Positions 11,317 to 23,429 of a DNA stretch of 64,000 nt are shown here, in pieces; position 1 is the first letter of the stretch, and each line of letters begins with the position of its first letter. The DNA is from a virus (Duplodnaviria > Heunggongvirae > Uroviricota > Caudoviricetes). The DNA is taken from the IMG/VR virus record IMGVR_UViG_3300035696_000002; one strand, written 5' to 3'. A model generated the notes under the pieces. It searched no databases and was not told the DNA's origin. It saw nothing but the letters and a program-made list of their open reading frames with translations. Both the position numbers and the translations under genes were made by a program.

Positions 11317-12942
11317 GCACATTCATCCATCACGTGCTGGCAGTAATTGGCTTCGCGTTCTTGTTCAATACGTGGGCGTGCATACTCCTGCGGATTTTCG
11401 TGTTGGACAGGGCAAAGTCATGGCACTGGTGGTGTCTGTCGTGCCAGCTTCAATACCGGATTTTCGGGAGGAAGTTTTGAAACTGAGCACAGACATCACC
11501 GATGCCGACGCATACGAATATCCGATCCATGGACGCCCGGCACCCAAAGACGCGGGATTGCCTGAGCGGGTTACAGCCGCCATGGATATTCTCAAGGCGG
11601 TAGTCAGCAAGGATCGCTACACGCTCATCGCCATGCTCAACCGCTTCGACATGGGCAAGGTCATTGAGGATCGCCATCGGTACGGCCCGCCCCGGCCTCA
11701 GCGAGTACCCTTTGAACCAAGCTGGCACGCCGACATGGACGTTGACGAGCTTACAGCCTTCGCCAACGACCTCGCACTGGACGTGCTCACCGGGGAGAAA
11801 GCCCCAGCCGGGCCGTCTGACGCAGAACTCAATACTGTGCTTGACGACATTTTACGGCAGGTCGTTTGCAATTGCGGGAACTACAGGCACCACGGCGTCT
11901 CATGGATGCCGGAGGGCTCTGGCGAAGGCCTGACGCAAGCACGGGCCATTCTACGCAGGCTTATGGAGGGCCGAAGATGAAAACCGCAACGTGCGAACAC
12001 CGCTTCAATGAGCACTCGATTTACGGGAGAACCAAAAAGGGGGAGTTCCGCGTCTGCGGTCGCCCCGCAATCACCACCGACCCAACGGCACTCTGTAAGG
12101 GGTGCATAGCCATTCTTGCAAAGAACGACTTTGACGCCACGCCCGACAAGGAAACGGGAATCCAGCGTTGGTGGTTGGAAGAGCGGATTTATGGACAATT
12201 CCCCGCCTTGAAAAACCCCGGCAAGTTCCTCATCGGGCGTACCAAGATGAATGGAGCAATCTCCGGGTGGTTGATCGGGGACACGATTGAGTATCAGGCT
12301 GACGTTTTCGTGCCCAAGATCGGTGAAGTAGCCGAGACCGAAATGGGTAGTCTCACTCTATGGCATCCCCGCCTCCAAGCGATCAAACTCATTTCTCGGG
12401 AAATGGCCAACCACTGGATTGACGTGGTGTATAGCAGCAAGCAGATGAAGGCGATCAAAGAACACGTCGAATACAGTGTGAGGGCAAACAAAGACGTAAA
12501 GATCATGGACATGCTTAAAACAATCGAAAGATCAGGTATCCTCACCAAAGAGGATGGCACGAGTCCGACACCAGACGAAATCTGGAATGGGTTGCCAAAA
12601 ACGTTCATGTTCGAACTTGGCGAACTGCACATGCAGGCTGTGGAGGCCCTGAGATGAAAAAGTTTTCGAAGCAACTACTGGGGACTGAGGGATTCGAACT
12701 CAACCACCACATCAAGGGCGGCGACGTAGTAATCCTGCCGCTCCACACGAAAGTTTGCAAACGCAAGCCGTGCACTTGCGGGGCCATTGATGCGATGCCC
12801 AAAGACGCTATCAACGGCAACGTCATCTGGCCGGAGTGGAGGCCTAAGTGAACTGCCCGCTGTGCAAAAACTTGATGGTGAAGATGGTCTCCTACCTGTT
12901 GCCCTCGATCTGGAAATGCAAGAAGTGCGGGTACATTGAGAA

Positions 12943-13158
12943 ATGCTGAAGACCTTCCACATTTTCTACCGGGACAGGCAAGGCGTCCTCATGCGAATCC
13001 TGAATGAAGTCTCCCGGCGTGGGATAGCCTTCAAGGAAGTAATCGCCATTCACGATCTGCTGACGCTCACCCTCGACATAAACAAAAAGCAGGAAGAGCA
13101 GCTTTGCCGGGCGTGGCGTGCTACGATTGATGTGGACGAAGTGAGGGCAATGGCATGA
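12943..13158 (+). CDS. Stand-alone ACT-domain protein (IlvM/IlvN-like)
   Basis: DRQGVLMRILNEVSRRGI pattern typical of ACT domains, 71 aa. Confidence 0.6.
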   Translation: MLKTFHIFYRDRQGVLMRILNEVSRRGIAFKEVIAIHDLLTLTLDINKKQEEQLCRAWRATIDVDEVRAMA

Positions 13159-14933
13159 GTAACCCAATGGAAAGCTTAATCCGGGCCTACATCGCGTGTG
13201 GTGGAGACCCAAACGACCTGCTACAAAGCCTTCAAGAGGCACCGCCTCCGCTGGCTGAGGATGAAGCCCGCTTTTTCAAGCAGTACGAAGACGAAATGGG
13301 TCAATAATGCCACTACCAGCGGGACGCGAATCCGAGTACATCGAAGACCGGGATCGGGAGATGAACGAACGGCACATGAAGACCTGCACCTATGTCGGGT
13401 GCTCCGTATGCCGATTGATCCGGGGAGAATGCGACTACTTCGATCCGCACTTTGAGAAGCGGGAGAATGGCGGTTTCCTGTGAAGGACAAAGCACTGCTT
13501 GCCAGACGAACTGTGCTCAAGATCGCGGAGTTCCCGGAAGAGTTTACTCGTCTGCTCCTCGAAAACATCGGCACGGACGCCACGGAAGACTTCATGGATC
13601 AGATGTACCGTATCTGGAGCGACGAGGGCTGCCACAAATGACCAAGTACGATGAGCCCGCGATGGCTCTGTGTGAAACGGTCACGATACGGGGAGGGCAG
13701 GTCTTGCACCTTGCCGAGAAAGGGAAGTCCGTCACCACCTGTGGCTCACCTGTCTCCCGTCGCACTTGGTTCGCACGCTATGCCCCGGCGACCGGGTGCA
13801 GTGCTTGTTTGGTCGCTGCGTGGGAACTATTGCCTGAATTCAGAAATCGGTTCAACACAAAATGATACGGAACGAACCACCACAATTCATGGCGAAGATG
13901 GAGACCGTTTTTCAGGCTGCTAAAAAGCAGGCGAAAAAACGGAAATGGGTCGATCCAGTCTACATGTACTACGACCGTCCGAAAGATTACGCCGACATTC
14001 GACGCATCAATCGGCTGCTCGCCCCCCACAACATGGTGTTCAAGACGTTTTCAGGCCGGGGGCAGTGGCGTAGACTGGGCCTGCTGGTTGCCATTGATCC
14101 GACCAAACTTCCGGCCCGAGATTGGTGTGGAATCGCCGACGAGATCATTTGTGAAAACAACGGTGGTGCCCAATAATGCTTTTCTTCCTGTGGATGGTAG
14201 TTTGGATCGGTGGGACGTGTGGTTGGGGTGAGCACAACGGAGCCTTGGCCGCAATCGCCTACTTCATCCTTTTCCCATTCGGGAGCCTGTGCATAAACTA
14301 TGCCTTTCGGAGATGGTCATGAACCCGTTTGAGAAAGTAGTTTTGAACCCATTCGAGAAGTGGGTGTCGGTGAACTTCACTGGGGTGGAGATGCCCGATC
14401 CGCCCGAGGACTGGGATCGCCAGAACGAGTTTTTCTACCTGATCGACGGCAAGCAGTATCGGATTCCGTTCGCCCGCGTGCCGGAAGAATTCAAAGCCAT
14501 CACCCTATTGGCCCGGATGGTGTCATGAATCCGTGGAACCCGCTCGCCACTACGCCCGACAGTAAACCACTCCGCTCTGGTGACTGTTGCATGGAAGCCT
14601 GTATTCACCTAATCACAGATGATCGCGGTGAGGTTCATTCTTATCCCGGCGTCAAAGGTTGGTGCGACTGTTGGTGCCATGAACGTTACTATGCCCAGAT
14701 GCGAAAGCGAGCCCACTTTGCTTGAACCACACCTGCAACATTCTGATCGACCTTTCTGAGGAGTGCGGCAAGCCTGCCGTCATGTGGATTGATGAGGAGG
14801 GGTGTTGCCCGGCCCACGTCCAGAAAACCTACTACTGTGCGAAGCACTGGGATGAATACTGCGACGGGAAGTACGGGTGTGTCTGGAGCATCCGCAACGG
14901 CGGGTTCCCGTGCTACTCCACAAAAACCGTCTA

Positions 14934-14963
14934 TTGACAATTTCTCGACTTTCCGGGTATTAT
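14934..14963 (+). promoter_or_regulatory. Sigma70-type promoter of tRNA-Ser operon
   Basis: TTGACA (14934-39), 18 nt spacer, TATTAT (14958-63). Confidence 0.8.
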
Positions 14964-14973
14964 TACAGAGAAC

Positions 14974-15054
14974 ATGAACCGCATATCCTCATTATCGTCG
15001 TCTAGTAGCTCCTTCGGGGGCTTTGGTGAGCGTGTGCGTTGGCGTGGTTGGTAA
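14974..15054 (+). CDS. Ser-rich attenuator leader peptide MNRISSLSSSSSSFGGFGERVRWRGW
   Basis: 8 Ser in 9 codons using all six Ser codons; lies between promoter and terminator upstream of four tRNA-Ser genes. Confidence 0.85.
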   Translation: MNRISSLSSSSSSFGGFGERVRWRGW

Positions 15055-15078
15055 GACACCCAAAGACATCGCAGTCCG

Positions 15079-15105
15079 AAGCCGCCTGAAAAGGGCGGCT
15101 TTTTT
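15079..15105 (+). terminator. Attenuator terminator upstream of tRNA-Ser cluster
   Basis: AAGCCGCC-TGAAAAG-GGCGGCTT plus T run. Confidence 0.88.
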
Positions 15106-15117
15106 ATTGGTTTTCAT

Positions 15118-15207
15118 GGAGAGTTGGGCGAGTGGCTTATGCCGTCTGGTTGCTAACCAGATGCCCCTTAACCGGGGCCGGGGGTTCGAATCCCTCACTC
15201 TCCGCCA
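15118..15207 (+). tRNA. tRNA-Ser(GCT)
   Basis: Cloverleaf, loop TTGCTAA, long variable arm, GTTCGAAT, GCCA end. Confidence 0.95.
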
Positions 15208-15211
15208 TCTT

Positions 15212-15303
15212 GGTGAGTTGGGAGAGTGGTTTATTCCAGCAGCTTGGAAAGCTGCCGCACTCCGCAAGGGGTGCCGGGGGTTCGAATCCCTCACTCACCG
15301 CCA
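15212..15303 (+). tRNA. tRNA-Ser(GGA)
   Basis: Loop TTGGAAA, long variable arm, GCCA end. Confidence 0.95.
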
Positions 15304-15470
15304 GTTCGATTGTTCTGTATGGTGAATTTGCCCCTACAGGGCAAAGGTTGGATACAAAAAGCAAGGGGCCGGGTACATGAAACCCCGGCCTCGCGTGCTA
15401 CGGCAGCGGGACATTTATGAGGTCTGTCTATGCCGCGTGATCCTGACCTGAATAGTAATACCGGATTTTT

Positions 15471-15563
15471 GGAGGGTTTGGTACATTGGCAAGTCCGGCT
15501 GCCTTGAAAGCAGTTATACGCCTAACCCGCGTATTGGGGGTTCGACTCCCTCACCCTCCGCCA
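15471..15563 (+). tRNA. tRNA-Ser(TGA)
   Basis: Loop CTTGAAA, long variable arm, GCCA end. Confidence 0.93.
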
Positions 15564-15673
15564 TTTTGAGTCACCCGATTTTGGGTGACAAACGCAAAGT
15601 CAGCCTATTTTGGGTGACAAGCTTAAAACGTTGACATTGCCAGAATCAAGCTTAAAAGCTTGACAACGAATTT

Positions 15674-15769
15674 GGAGAGGTTGGTACATGTGGCAAGTCC
15701 GCTCGCCTCGAAAGCGAGTCACGGGGTTAACCACCCCGTGTGCAGGTTCGACTCCTGTCCTCTCCGCCA
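15674..15769 (+). tRNA. tRNA-Ser(CGA)
   Basis: CTCGC-CTCGAAA-GCGAG, long variable arm, GCCA end. Confidence 0.93.
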
Positions 15770-16314
15770 TTTTTGCAGTATTATTGTTGTATGACCGAAA
15801 AAGAGTTGTTCGAGAAAGTTCAGGCCTACAACGATAAGCTGAAAGAGTACGGGTCGCGTAAACAGCTTCATACGTCGTTGGGCACCACTTTCCCAGAAGA
15901 GAAGCAGTTCCGCGAAGAGATCGACAAGCTCCTGAAAGAGATCGCCATGGAGTTTGTGCGGCAACGCGAGATCGCGAGGGCTGAAGGTGCCTGAACGAAT
16001 TTGCGAAGTGAACATGTATCGCGGGACTGGCGAATTTCTCGGCCAAGATTGGACGGACGGCATGCACGGGCCGATGTCAAATGTCCGGTCAGAGAAGAAC
16101 AAAATCGGATGCTTCAATCCGGCCCGCTGGCTGAATCCGTTCTACGATCCCGAGGGCACCAGATTTAGATCGGTGTGGGACGACGATTCTGATGTTTCAC
16201 TCCCCATCACTGGGGGTTATAATTACGCCCAGTGGCTCTGCACGGAGCACTATGACGAGGTTATCGTCATGGCAAAGGAAGACGAAGAGATCGACCGCGT
16301 GCGTAGGGGAATTG

Positions 16315-16569
16315 ATGAGGATTAAGGTCGTTTACCGAAAGAACCTAAAGATGTCGCCCGGCAAGCTGGCGGCTCAGACTGGACACGCTGTACTGGGGCT
16401 CAATGGGGCCTACGCTTCGATGTCGATTGTGGTGCTCGAAGCGAGTGACAAGAAGTTTCAGGAAACGAAGGCGGCTCACCCCGAGGCCTGTGTGGTTCGG
16501 GACGCTGGCCGAACAGAAGTTGCACCCGGTACCGAAACGGTGCTGGCTTACTTTGAGGATGGTCAATGA
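16315..16569 (+). CDS. pth2: Peptidyl-tRNA hydrolase, Pth2 family (compact)
   Basis: LKMSPGKLAAQTGHA and VRDAGRTEVAPGTET motifs. Confidence 0.9.
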   Translation: MRIKVVYRKNLKMSPGKLAAQTGHAVLGLNGAYASMSIVVLEASDKKFQETKAAHPEACVVRDAGRTEVAPGTETVLAYFEDGQ

Positions 16570-16651
16570 AGTTATACGACCGATTATATCCGCATCGCAT
16601 GTGGATCATGCTTGGGTTTTTGATATGCATGTGGATCGCAACTGAATACAT

Positions 16652-16728
16652 GCTCCGGTGATGCAATAGGCAGACATCCTCCACTTAAAACGGAGGTTTT
16701 GAGAGTTCGATTCTCTCCCGGAGTACCA
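16652..16728 (+). tRNA. tRNA-Leu(TAA), short variable loop
   Basis: Acceptor GCTCCGG/CCGGAGT-ACCA, loop CTTAAAA, GTTCGATT T-loop. Confidence 0.8.
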
Positions 16729-16731
16729 AAT

Positions 16732-16826
16732 GGGGGAGAGCACGGGTGTGCGGGCGGGATTTATAACCCTGTAATTGCTCCTGATTAGAGTGCACGGTGT
16801 GAGTTCGAGTCTCCACTCCCCTACCA
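16732..16826 (+). tRNA. Atypical tRNA, anticodon TAT (Ile-like), long variable arm
   Basis: Acceptor GGGGGAG/CTCCCCT-ACCA, loop TTTATAA, tiny D arm, bulged T stem. Confidence 0.65.
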
Positions 16827-17116
16827 TTTCAACCCTACCTGTGGTATCATCTCAACATGAGTGCTCAAATGCGGCTTACGATCTTCCTCGTAGTGTGGAC
16901 GCTACTTGTCGTCGCATTGGCCCATGGGCAAACTCAGAAAAATCCTACGTTCGCTAACCCGGCCCCTCCTCGCAAACCGCACCAATCAGTGAAACTTCCG
17001 ATCCTTGGCCGGGCTGCCAGCACTTTCATGTCGAGGCACCCGCATCTCGTAGGCCTCCTCGGCAACATCAACATCGAGTACGACAAACCACACAGATTCA
17101 ATACGGAGAAAAAGAA

Positions 17117-17800
17117 ATGAAGCACGGTATCTGGCTTGCCATTCTCGCAGTCGTGTTCTCCTGCACAGCCTTTTCGCAGGAAGTCATCATGAACCAACCA
17201 TCGGCTGATGTCGTAGACAAGGGGCACCTGTTCGTCCGGTCGGACTCGTTCTATACCCAGAAGCCCGCCTACTTTTTCGAGAACGTCAACTTCGCCTACG
17301 GCCTCGGGCACAACTTGGAAGTCAGCCTCAATAGCAGCGATCTCGCTCACGGCTCTGACATCTGGCAGATCGTACCCGGCATCAAGTGGGCACCGATCAA
17401 AACCAAGAATTTTGAAATCTACGTCGGCGATCAGTACTGGAAGCCCGTGTCGAACTTCACCTACTACCACAACGGCAACGTGAGCTACGAGGCCGCAGCC
17501 CTCAAGGCGGGCAACTGGCGATTCACGGGCGGCGTATTCCAGTCCTACAACGCCTACGCACCGGGCAACCGGGCTGGGGCCATCGGCGGCGTCGAGTGGA
17601 TGGCGAAGATGTTCAAGAACGGCTGGATGATCGCACCCGGCGTTGACTACGGCAGCGGTGCGGGCACTAACGGCTATACCAGCCCCGGCGTCATGTTCCA
17701 GAAGAAAAACTTCTTCATCTGTCCCGGCTACATGATCGCGAACCCGCACAACCCGAACGGTGCTCACCAGAGCTTCGTCATGATCGGGGACACGTTCTAA
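17117..17800 (+). CDS. Secreted/outer-membrane beta-barrel-like protein
   Basis: Signal peptide, alternating aromatic/Gly beta strands, C-terminal Phe. Confidence 0.6.
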   Translation: MKHGIWLAILAVVFSCTAFSQEVIMNQPSADVVDKGHLFVRSDSFYTQKPAYFFENVNFAYGLGHNLEVSLNSSDLAHGSDIWQIVPGIKWAPIKTKNFEIYVGDQYWKPVSNFTYYHNGNVSYEAAALKAGNWRFTGGVFQSYNAYAPGNRAGAIGGVEWMAKMFKNGWMIAPGVDYGSGAGTNGYTSPGVMFQKKNFFICPGYMIANPHNPNGAHQSFVMIGDTF

Positions 17801-20800
17801 TGCCCACGATGAAACTCAGCTTCGTCCCAACTGAGTTGTCTGCGACCGCCAAGTCGTTTCTCGAACAGCGGTTCATGCAGGAAGATTACAAGAGCTACTG
17901 GTGCAGCCTTGAAAGTGTTCTGGAAGACATCGCTCAGGAAGACACAATCTTCACCGGGGTGAAACTCGCCGGGCAGCTTAACTGGGAGAAGGTCAGTCTC
18001 AAAGACCTGCCTGCCGGATGGTGGAAACTCATGAAGTTCAGCCCCAAGGTCGAAAAGGCGATGAAGGCTCACTGGAAGAAGTACCCCACGGGCCATGTCG
18101 TATGGGAGTGGTAGACACAACGGACATGAACCACTGCCATTACTGTGGGGCAGCGTCCGGGATCGACAATCCGCCCGGTTTGATCTGGTGGAGATGCGAG
18201 TGCCATGGTAAGATGTATGGCACACACATTGCCTGCCATAAGAAACACGCCGGGCATCACGAGGGATGTACATGCGAGTCAAAATCGACGTAAAGAAGTC
18301 GCACATCAAGAAAGGCTACGACAATGTTGACAGTCAGACGGACTGTCCGATTGCCTTAGCAATGACAGCCGCATTCAAACGGCTCAAATTGGCACGCATC
18401 AGTGTGCTGTGTGCCTATGACATAGCCTACATCGACACCTTTCAGGGGCAAAAGATCAAGCTGCCACTCAAGGTGCAGCAGTTTCAACGCCGGATTTTCG
18501 CGGATAAAGAAGTCAAACCCTTCTCGTTCACGGTGGTGGTCTAATGGCGGCTTTCGACAACTACGCACCGCCCGGAGTCTACACCACGGAAGTCGAGCAG
18601 CCCAGCAAAACGGTCTGCACGTTCTGTGCTGGTCGCCCTGTCACTATCGCCTACAACGGCGAGAACGGCATCGTGACGGCCTGTGTCAAACATCAACCCA
18701 TCGTGGAAGAGCAGATCGAGAAAGACGCTCTCACCCGGCAGAAGGAACACGGGGGCAGTTTCTAAGTGACAACCAATTTCTGTGCCGACTGTAAAGCCAA
18801 ACATCCGGGCCGCGAATGCGACTTCAAGGACGGCGTGTGTGTTCAGGTTCCCTATTACAATTGGCGAGAGGATTTGACCCGTCATGCCAACGATTGCAGT
18901 TGCTATGGCTGGTGTGACTGCCATATCCCGGAACACGAACCGGGTGCCCCCTGCGAATTCTGTGAGCGTGGATGGCATACCCACAATCACGAGAAGGGCT
19001 GCCTCTGCGACTACGGCACCTTCTTGGGGCTTGAAGAGACCTATCGTCACTGGATGATGCGGTACGCAACAGCAACGTCAGTGATGTCCTTCGTGGTTTA
19101 CAAAGACCCGAACTTCCAAGAACTGGTCAAGATGGGGGAGGCAATCGTTCCCCTGCTACTCAAAGACATTTACGAAGACAAGGGCTGGGTCGGCGGCGGA
19201 CGCGAGCGGGTATACTGCTCGTGGGCCGCATTCACGCTACTCCGCCAGCTTGTCAAACCTGAAAAGCAACCTGTACTCCCCGACTCTCATCGTGGTCGCC
19301 ACGGCAAGATTCGCGACATGTGGGTGAAATGGGGACAGGAGAATGGATATTTACCGTGCACAACAAGAACCGAAATCGAAAGCCCAAGCGGGGAAACCAA
19401 AACAGTCGAGGTCGTAATCGCCTCAACCGTTTTGGGGCTGCTCATGCTCCTCAGCCTAATCGCAATGCTCCTAAGGAGCCACTAATCGTTCTACTGGACG
19501 GGTTACGAGAGAACCCGAACGCGAGCGAGCTTGAGAAAATCGTCGATTTTATTGAGCAAGAACGCGAAGTTAAGGTAGAATATACTAACGTGGGCAAGGC
19601 AGCCCGGCGAATTCTCAATCGCACGCCGACCGAGACCGAGGCGATGCTGCTTGACTTGCTATGATCGACGAGGAAATCAGGATCGGAGCCCCGCCCTGCG
19701 GTTATTTTGAGGACGAGGCCGTCAGGTGCGGGCGTCCAGCAAGCTACCTGTACCAGTCGGAAGCTACCACCGATTTCCTGTGCGGTCGCTGCAAGACGAC
19801 CATGGAAGAGTTGATGCCTTCGCTGTTTGAATCCGGCTGGGCACAGATCACACTTTTATGAAACCATTCCCGAAGCACAAGACGCCGTTAAGCTGGGAAG
19901 AGCGGAACCAGACCCTCGTCAACTTGGTGTCGCGGTACATCTGCACCGAGAACGGGCGTCCCATCGCTTGCAAGCACTCCGACTGCCGGGAAGTCCGTGC
20001 CCTGCTTGAGCGTCGGCCCCCGCGTAATGCCCCGATCCTCCTGCCCCGGCGACCGCTGCGGGGACTCAGCAACGCCTCGGTGCGGAACATCGTTGAACGG
20101 TTCATTGAAACCGGGGAGTCAGGACGCCACTCATCCAACGCAGGGACGATCCAGTATGTGATCGACTATTGCGAGGAGAACAACATCCCATACCGGGTGT
20201 ATTACTCGCCTCTCGGCGGCGGATACGCTCTACAACGGCTCAATAACGCCATGGAGCCAGCCAAACTGGTGAACGGGGAGTGGGTGTGACGCGATTGCTT
20301 GAATTGGAGAACGGGCAGTACGCTTGCGGCGACCATCAGAACGTTGTTAAGCCGATGATCGCATCAGTATTCTTCCCGGACGGCTGTGAGGAGTGCACCC
20401 GCAAGGCATTCGCAGAGGCCCTTGAATCGACTTTGGAAGAGCAACGGAAGAGAAGGCAGCAAGTATGAGAACTACCGTCCTGCTTACGATTTTACAGTTG
20501 ATCCTGATCGTCGCGTTGATGGCACGCCTCGTGCAGGTAGTATCCATGACCCGTGAAGTCAACCAGACCATCGAAAAGGTGAAGTAAATGGCAAAGAAAG
20601 AAAATACCGATAAGAATTTTGCGGCAGCGAAGGCCAAGAAGGCCCGCAACCACGAGGCGAACTCGCACGTCGCCTATAAGCTGGCCCAAAAGAAGTGGCG
20701 GCTGGGCTGCCTCGCAGTGCGGAAGGCCGAGGGCCGTCTCACTGAGAAGAACCTCGCGGAATTGGCCCGGCTGGAGGGGTAAAGTGTCAACCGATCTTGA

Positions 20801-21307
20801 GCATGTAAGAATCGGCGATTTCCGGCTCCGGGGCTACCTTGGGCACGGTCTTGCCATCGCTGGGAGCCTTCTCTACCGGGGAATCAAAAGCGGGCGTGTG
20901 TGGCGTATCGGCATGTACTGGGTGTTTTTCTCGATGTTCTCCATCGGCAGCGTCCGTCTCTACCGGGAGTATCGCAAGCACGAACTAAAGTCTCCGGTCG
21001 AGAAGGCGACTTACGTTGTGGAAGAGTCGCGGGCTGACGGCGAAATGATTATTCGCAACGGCACAACCCACATAAAGCTTGCCTGCCAGCGGCATTCGTG
21101 GCTCCAGCCAGACAATAAATGGGATTCCAACAGTTACGGCTGTTTCATTCTCGATCCCGGCCAACAGGAGCAATTCGACAAGTGGGATGATCGCACCTTT
21201 GTTCGCCGCACGACGGGACACGAAGACGTTTACGCTAAGCCGGAGGACACCCGCAAGACGAACATGGAAGTGCCCGTCGAAGACATGTACGAAGTGCGTG
21301 ACTTCTA

Positions 21308-21604
21308 ATGACTGAGTCGTTGGTTGTTCACGTCCGTGAGGCCCCTTTTGACGTATACATCGGGCGGGCCTTCATGGAATTCCCGGAGTCGATCTGGCAC
21401 AACCCATTCAAGGTCAGGCCGGGGCATGGGCGGGACGCCGTAGTCTACGAGTACGACATGTGGTTGGATCAGCCGGAACAGGCATGGCTTAAAGCACGCA
21501 TCCCGGAGTTGAAGGGGAAGGTTCTGGGGTGCTGGTGCAACAAAAAGAAATCGCCAAAGCGATGCCACGGCCACGTTCTCGCAAGACGGGCAAATTATGA
21601 GTGA
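21308..21604 (+). CDS. DUF4326-like phage protein
   Basis: DVYIGR...WHNPF...ELKGKVLGCWC...CHGHVL motifs. Confidence 0.8.
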   Translation: MTESLVVHVREAPFDVYIGRAFMEFPESIWHNPFKVRPGHGRDAVVYEYDMWLDQPEQAWLKARIPELKGKVLGCWCNKKKSPKRCHGHVLARRANYE

Positions 21605-23222
21605 GCACTACTACGGAAACGTGCCCGCAGGCTGGGAGCCCGAAGTTTGCTGTGTGGTGAAAGACACCAGAATCCCCGGCTTGCCGCCGTATGGTGCCCT
21701 ACATACATGCTTTGAGCCGCCAAACCATACGGGGCCGCACGTGTGTGGGCATCATCACAGCAGCACCCACTTCAACGTCCGGTGCAACTACGAATGGGAG
21801 AGTACAGGCAATGAAGATCAAAGTCGTTAAGACGGTGCAACTGCCGAAGGACGTGGCAAAGAAACTCCACGCCTTGTATGAGACACAACGGAAGGTGAAG
21901 AGTGACCTGAGCATGATGCTCTACACCCTGAAGGAAGAACACCGTGGCAAGCAGCCGCCGCCCGGCTCTTCAGCTTTCGAGGAGTGGAATCGAACCGAAA
22001 TGTCTGTTTCTGAGGATCATGATGCCCTAGTCTTTTATAGGGAAGAAAAATGATTCTCAGGTTCCAAGCAGACTTACCCCAATTCGTGAAGTGGCTCGAA
22101 GAGCAGAAGCCCGCCTTCGTTGTCACCCGCTGGGAAAACGGTGAGATGGAGTACGACGGAGCCGCTGATATTGATGCGGCCATGGAGATCGCCTGCCAGT
22201 ACTCCTCCAAGGGCGGACAAGTCGAAGTCTTGAAAGGCGGGAGTAAAATCCCGTTGGTGAACTAATGCTTACACTGACGTTTGGTTGTGCAACACACCCG
22301 GCATACAAAGCACGCCGGGATTCCATGTGCGATGACTGCCACGAAATGTACTTAATCCGCCAGCAGGTCGCGTCGCTTCCCCCGCTGAAGGACACGGTCA
22401 CTATCGTGGAGTCGCCAGAGCGGCAGAAGAAGGTCTCTGCCCGCGACTACTACAACACTGCGGGCGTGATCGTGAAATCCCGGCTGCTGCGGTACATTGA
22501 ATGAACTACGACCGCGAAGTCGAATGCAAGCGGTGCCATCACAAATGCTCTGAGCGTGCTGCGATCACGATGGAAACTCAGGATGGCGACTCATGGGAAT
22601 GCCCACTTTGTCATTATCCGTACCTTGACTACACTGGCAAGATGGTGGACGAGCGTATGGGCTGGGTCAACAAACTGGAGACGGTGTGAAGGTTCCTTGC
22701 TCTAATCCGACATGCGGCACCCGACGAAGACATCATGAAGACCCGTACACGGAACGTGGCACGGTCATGATGGAACTTCCCGACGACTGGAAGGGTAAGT
22801 ACGCTTACTGCTCGCTGACCTGTGCCGCCGAGGCCGGATATTCTCTCCTCCGCATGACTGATCCCTGCCCGAAGTGCCTAGTCGCATACGAAAACCAGAT
22901 TCAACACAGCAAGGACTGGAAGTGCGATAGCCCGGAAGTGACTGAAGAACAAGTGGCTGCGGTGAACGAGGCCATGGCTCAACGTGCTCGTGCATTTATT
23001 CAGAAATACGGAACACTTTTAGCAGAGGGAAAAGACCCTGATGCCGAGAGCCGTCAAGCTGTGTGAATGGCCCGTTCTGAAGGATGGTGAGCCGTGTGGG
23101 CAGCCCGCCCACTGGGAGCTTACCTGTGGCCTCCATCTCTGCTCCGAACATTACGACATGATCCACGGTGTTGGCGACCGCATGAACCGTGGCGAATTCG
23201 ACGACAACTGGGATGACATCGG

Positions 23223-23429
23223 ATGATCGTTCGAATCGAAGACCCAAACGTTTTTGTCGGTCTGTCTTCAGACGATGCCCGCACCCAGATCGTGGGCCGG
23301 GGCTACACGCCGCGTGTGGTCTGGGCCGACAACAATACTCTGGTCGCGGACTACAAGCCAGATTACGATCCGCTCAGAGTCAACCTGCACATCGAAAAGA
23401 ACCGCGTCATTAAGGCCACAATCGGTTAA
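23223..23429 (+). CDS. Serine protease inhibitor-like (potato inhibitor I / I78)
   Basis: FVGLSSDDA...RVV...DYDPLRVNLHIEKNRVIKATIG pattern. Confidence 0.6.
   Translation: MIVRIEDPNVFVGLSSDDARTQIVGRGYTPRVVWADNNTLVADYKPDYDPLRVNLHIEKNRVIKATIG

Noticed and set aside
14992-15420. Track ORFs overlapping tRNA clusters (also around 40.6-42.6 kb and 46.5-46.7 kb)
   Set aside because: They overlap clear tRNA cloverleaves.
16732-16826. Ochre suppressor (TTA) reading or alternative genetic code
   Set aside because: The best stem register centres TAT in the 7-nt loop, and TAA, TAG and TGA all terminate recognisable genes at expected lengths.
18544-18765. Tail-sheath-like YAPPGVYTTEV N-terminus
   Set aside because: The ORF is only 73 aa with no other sheath features and no structural-gene context.
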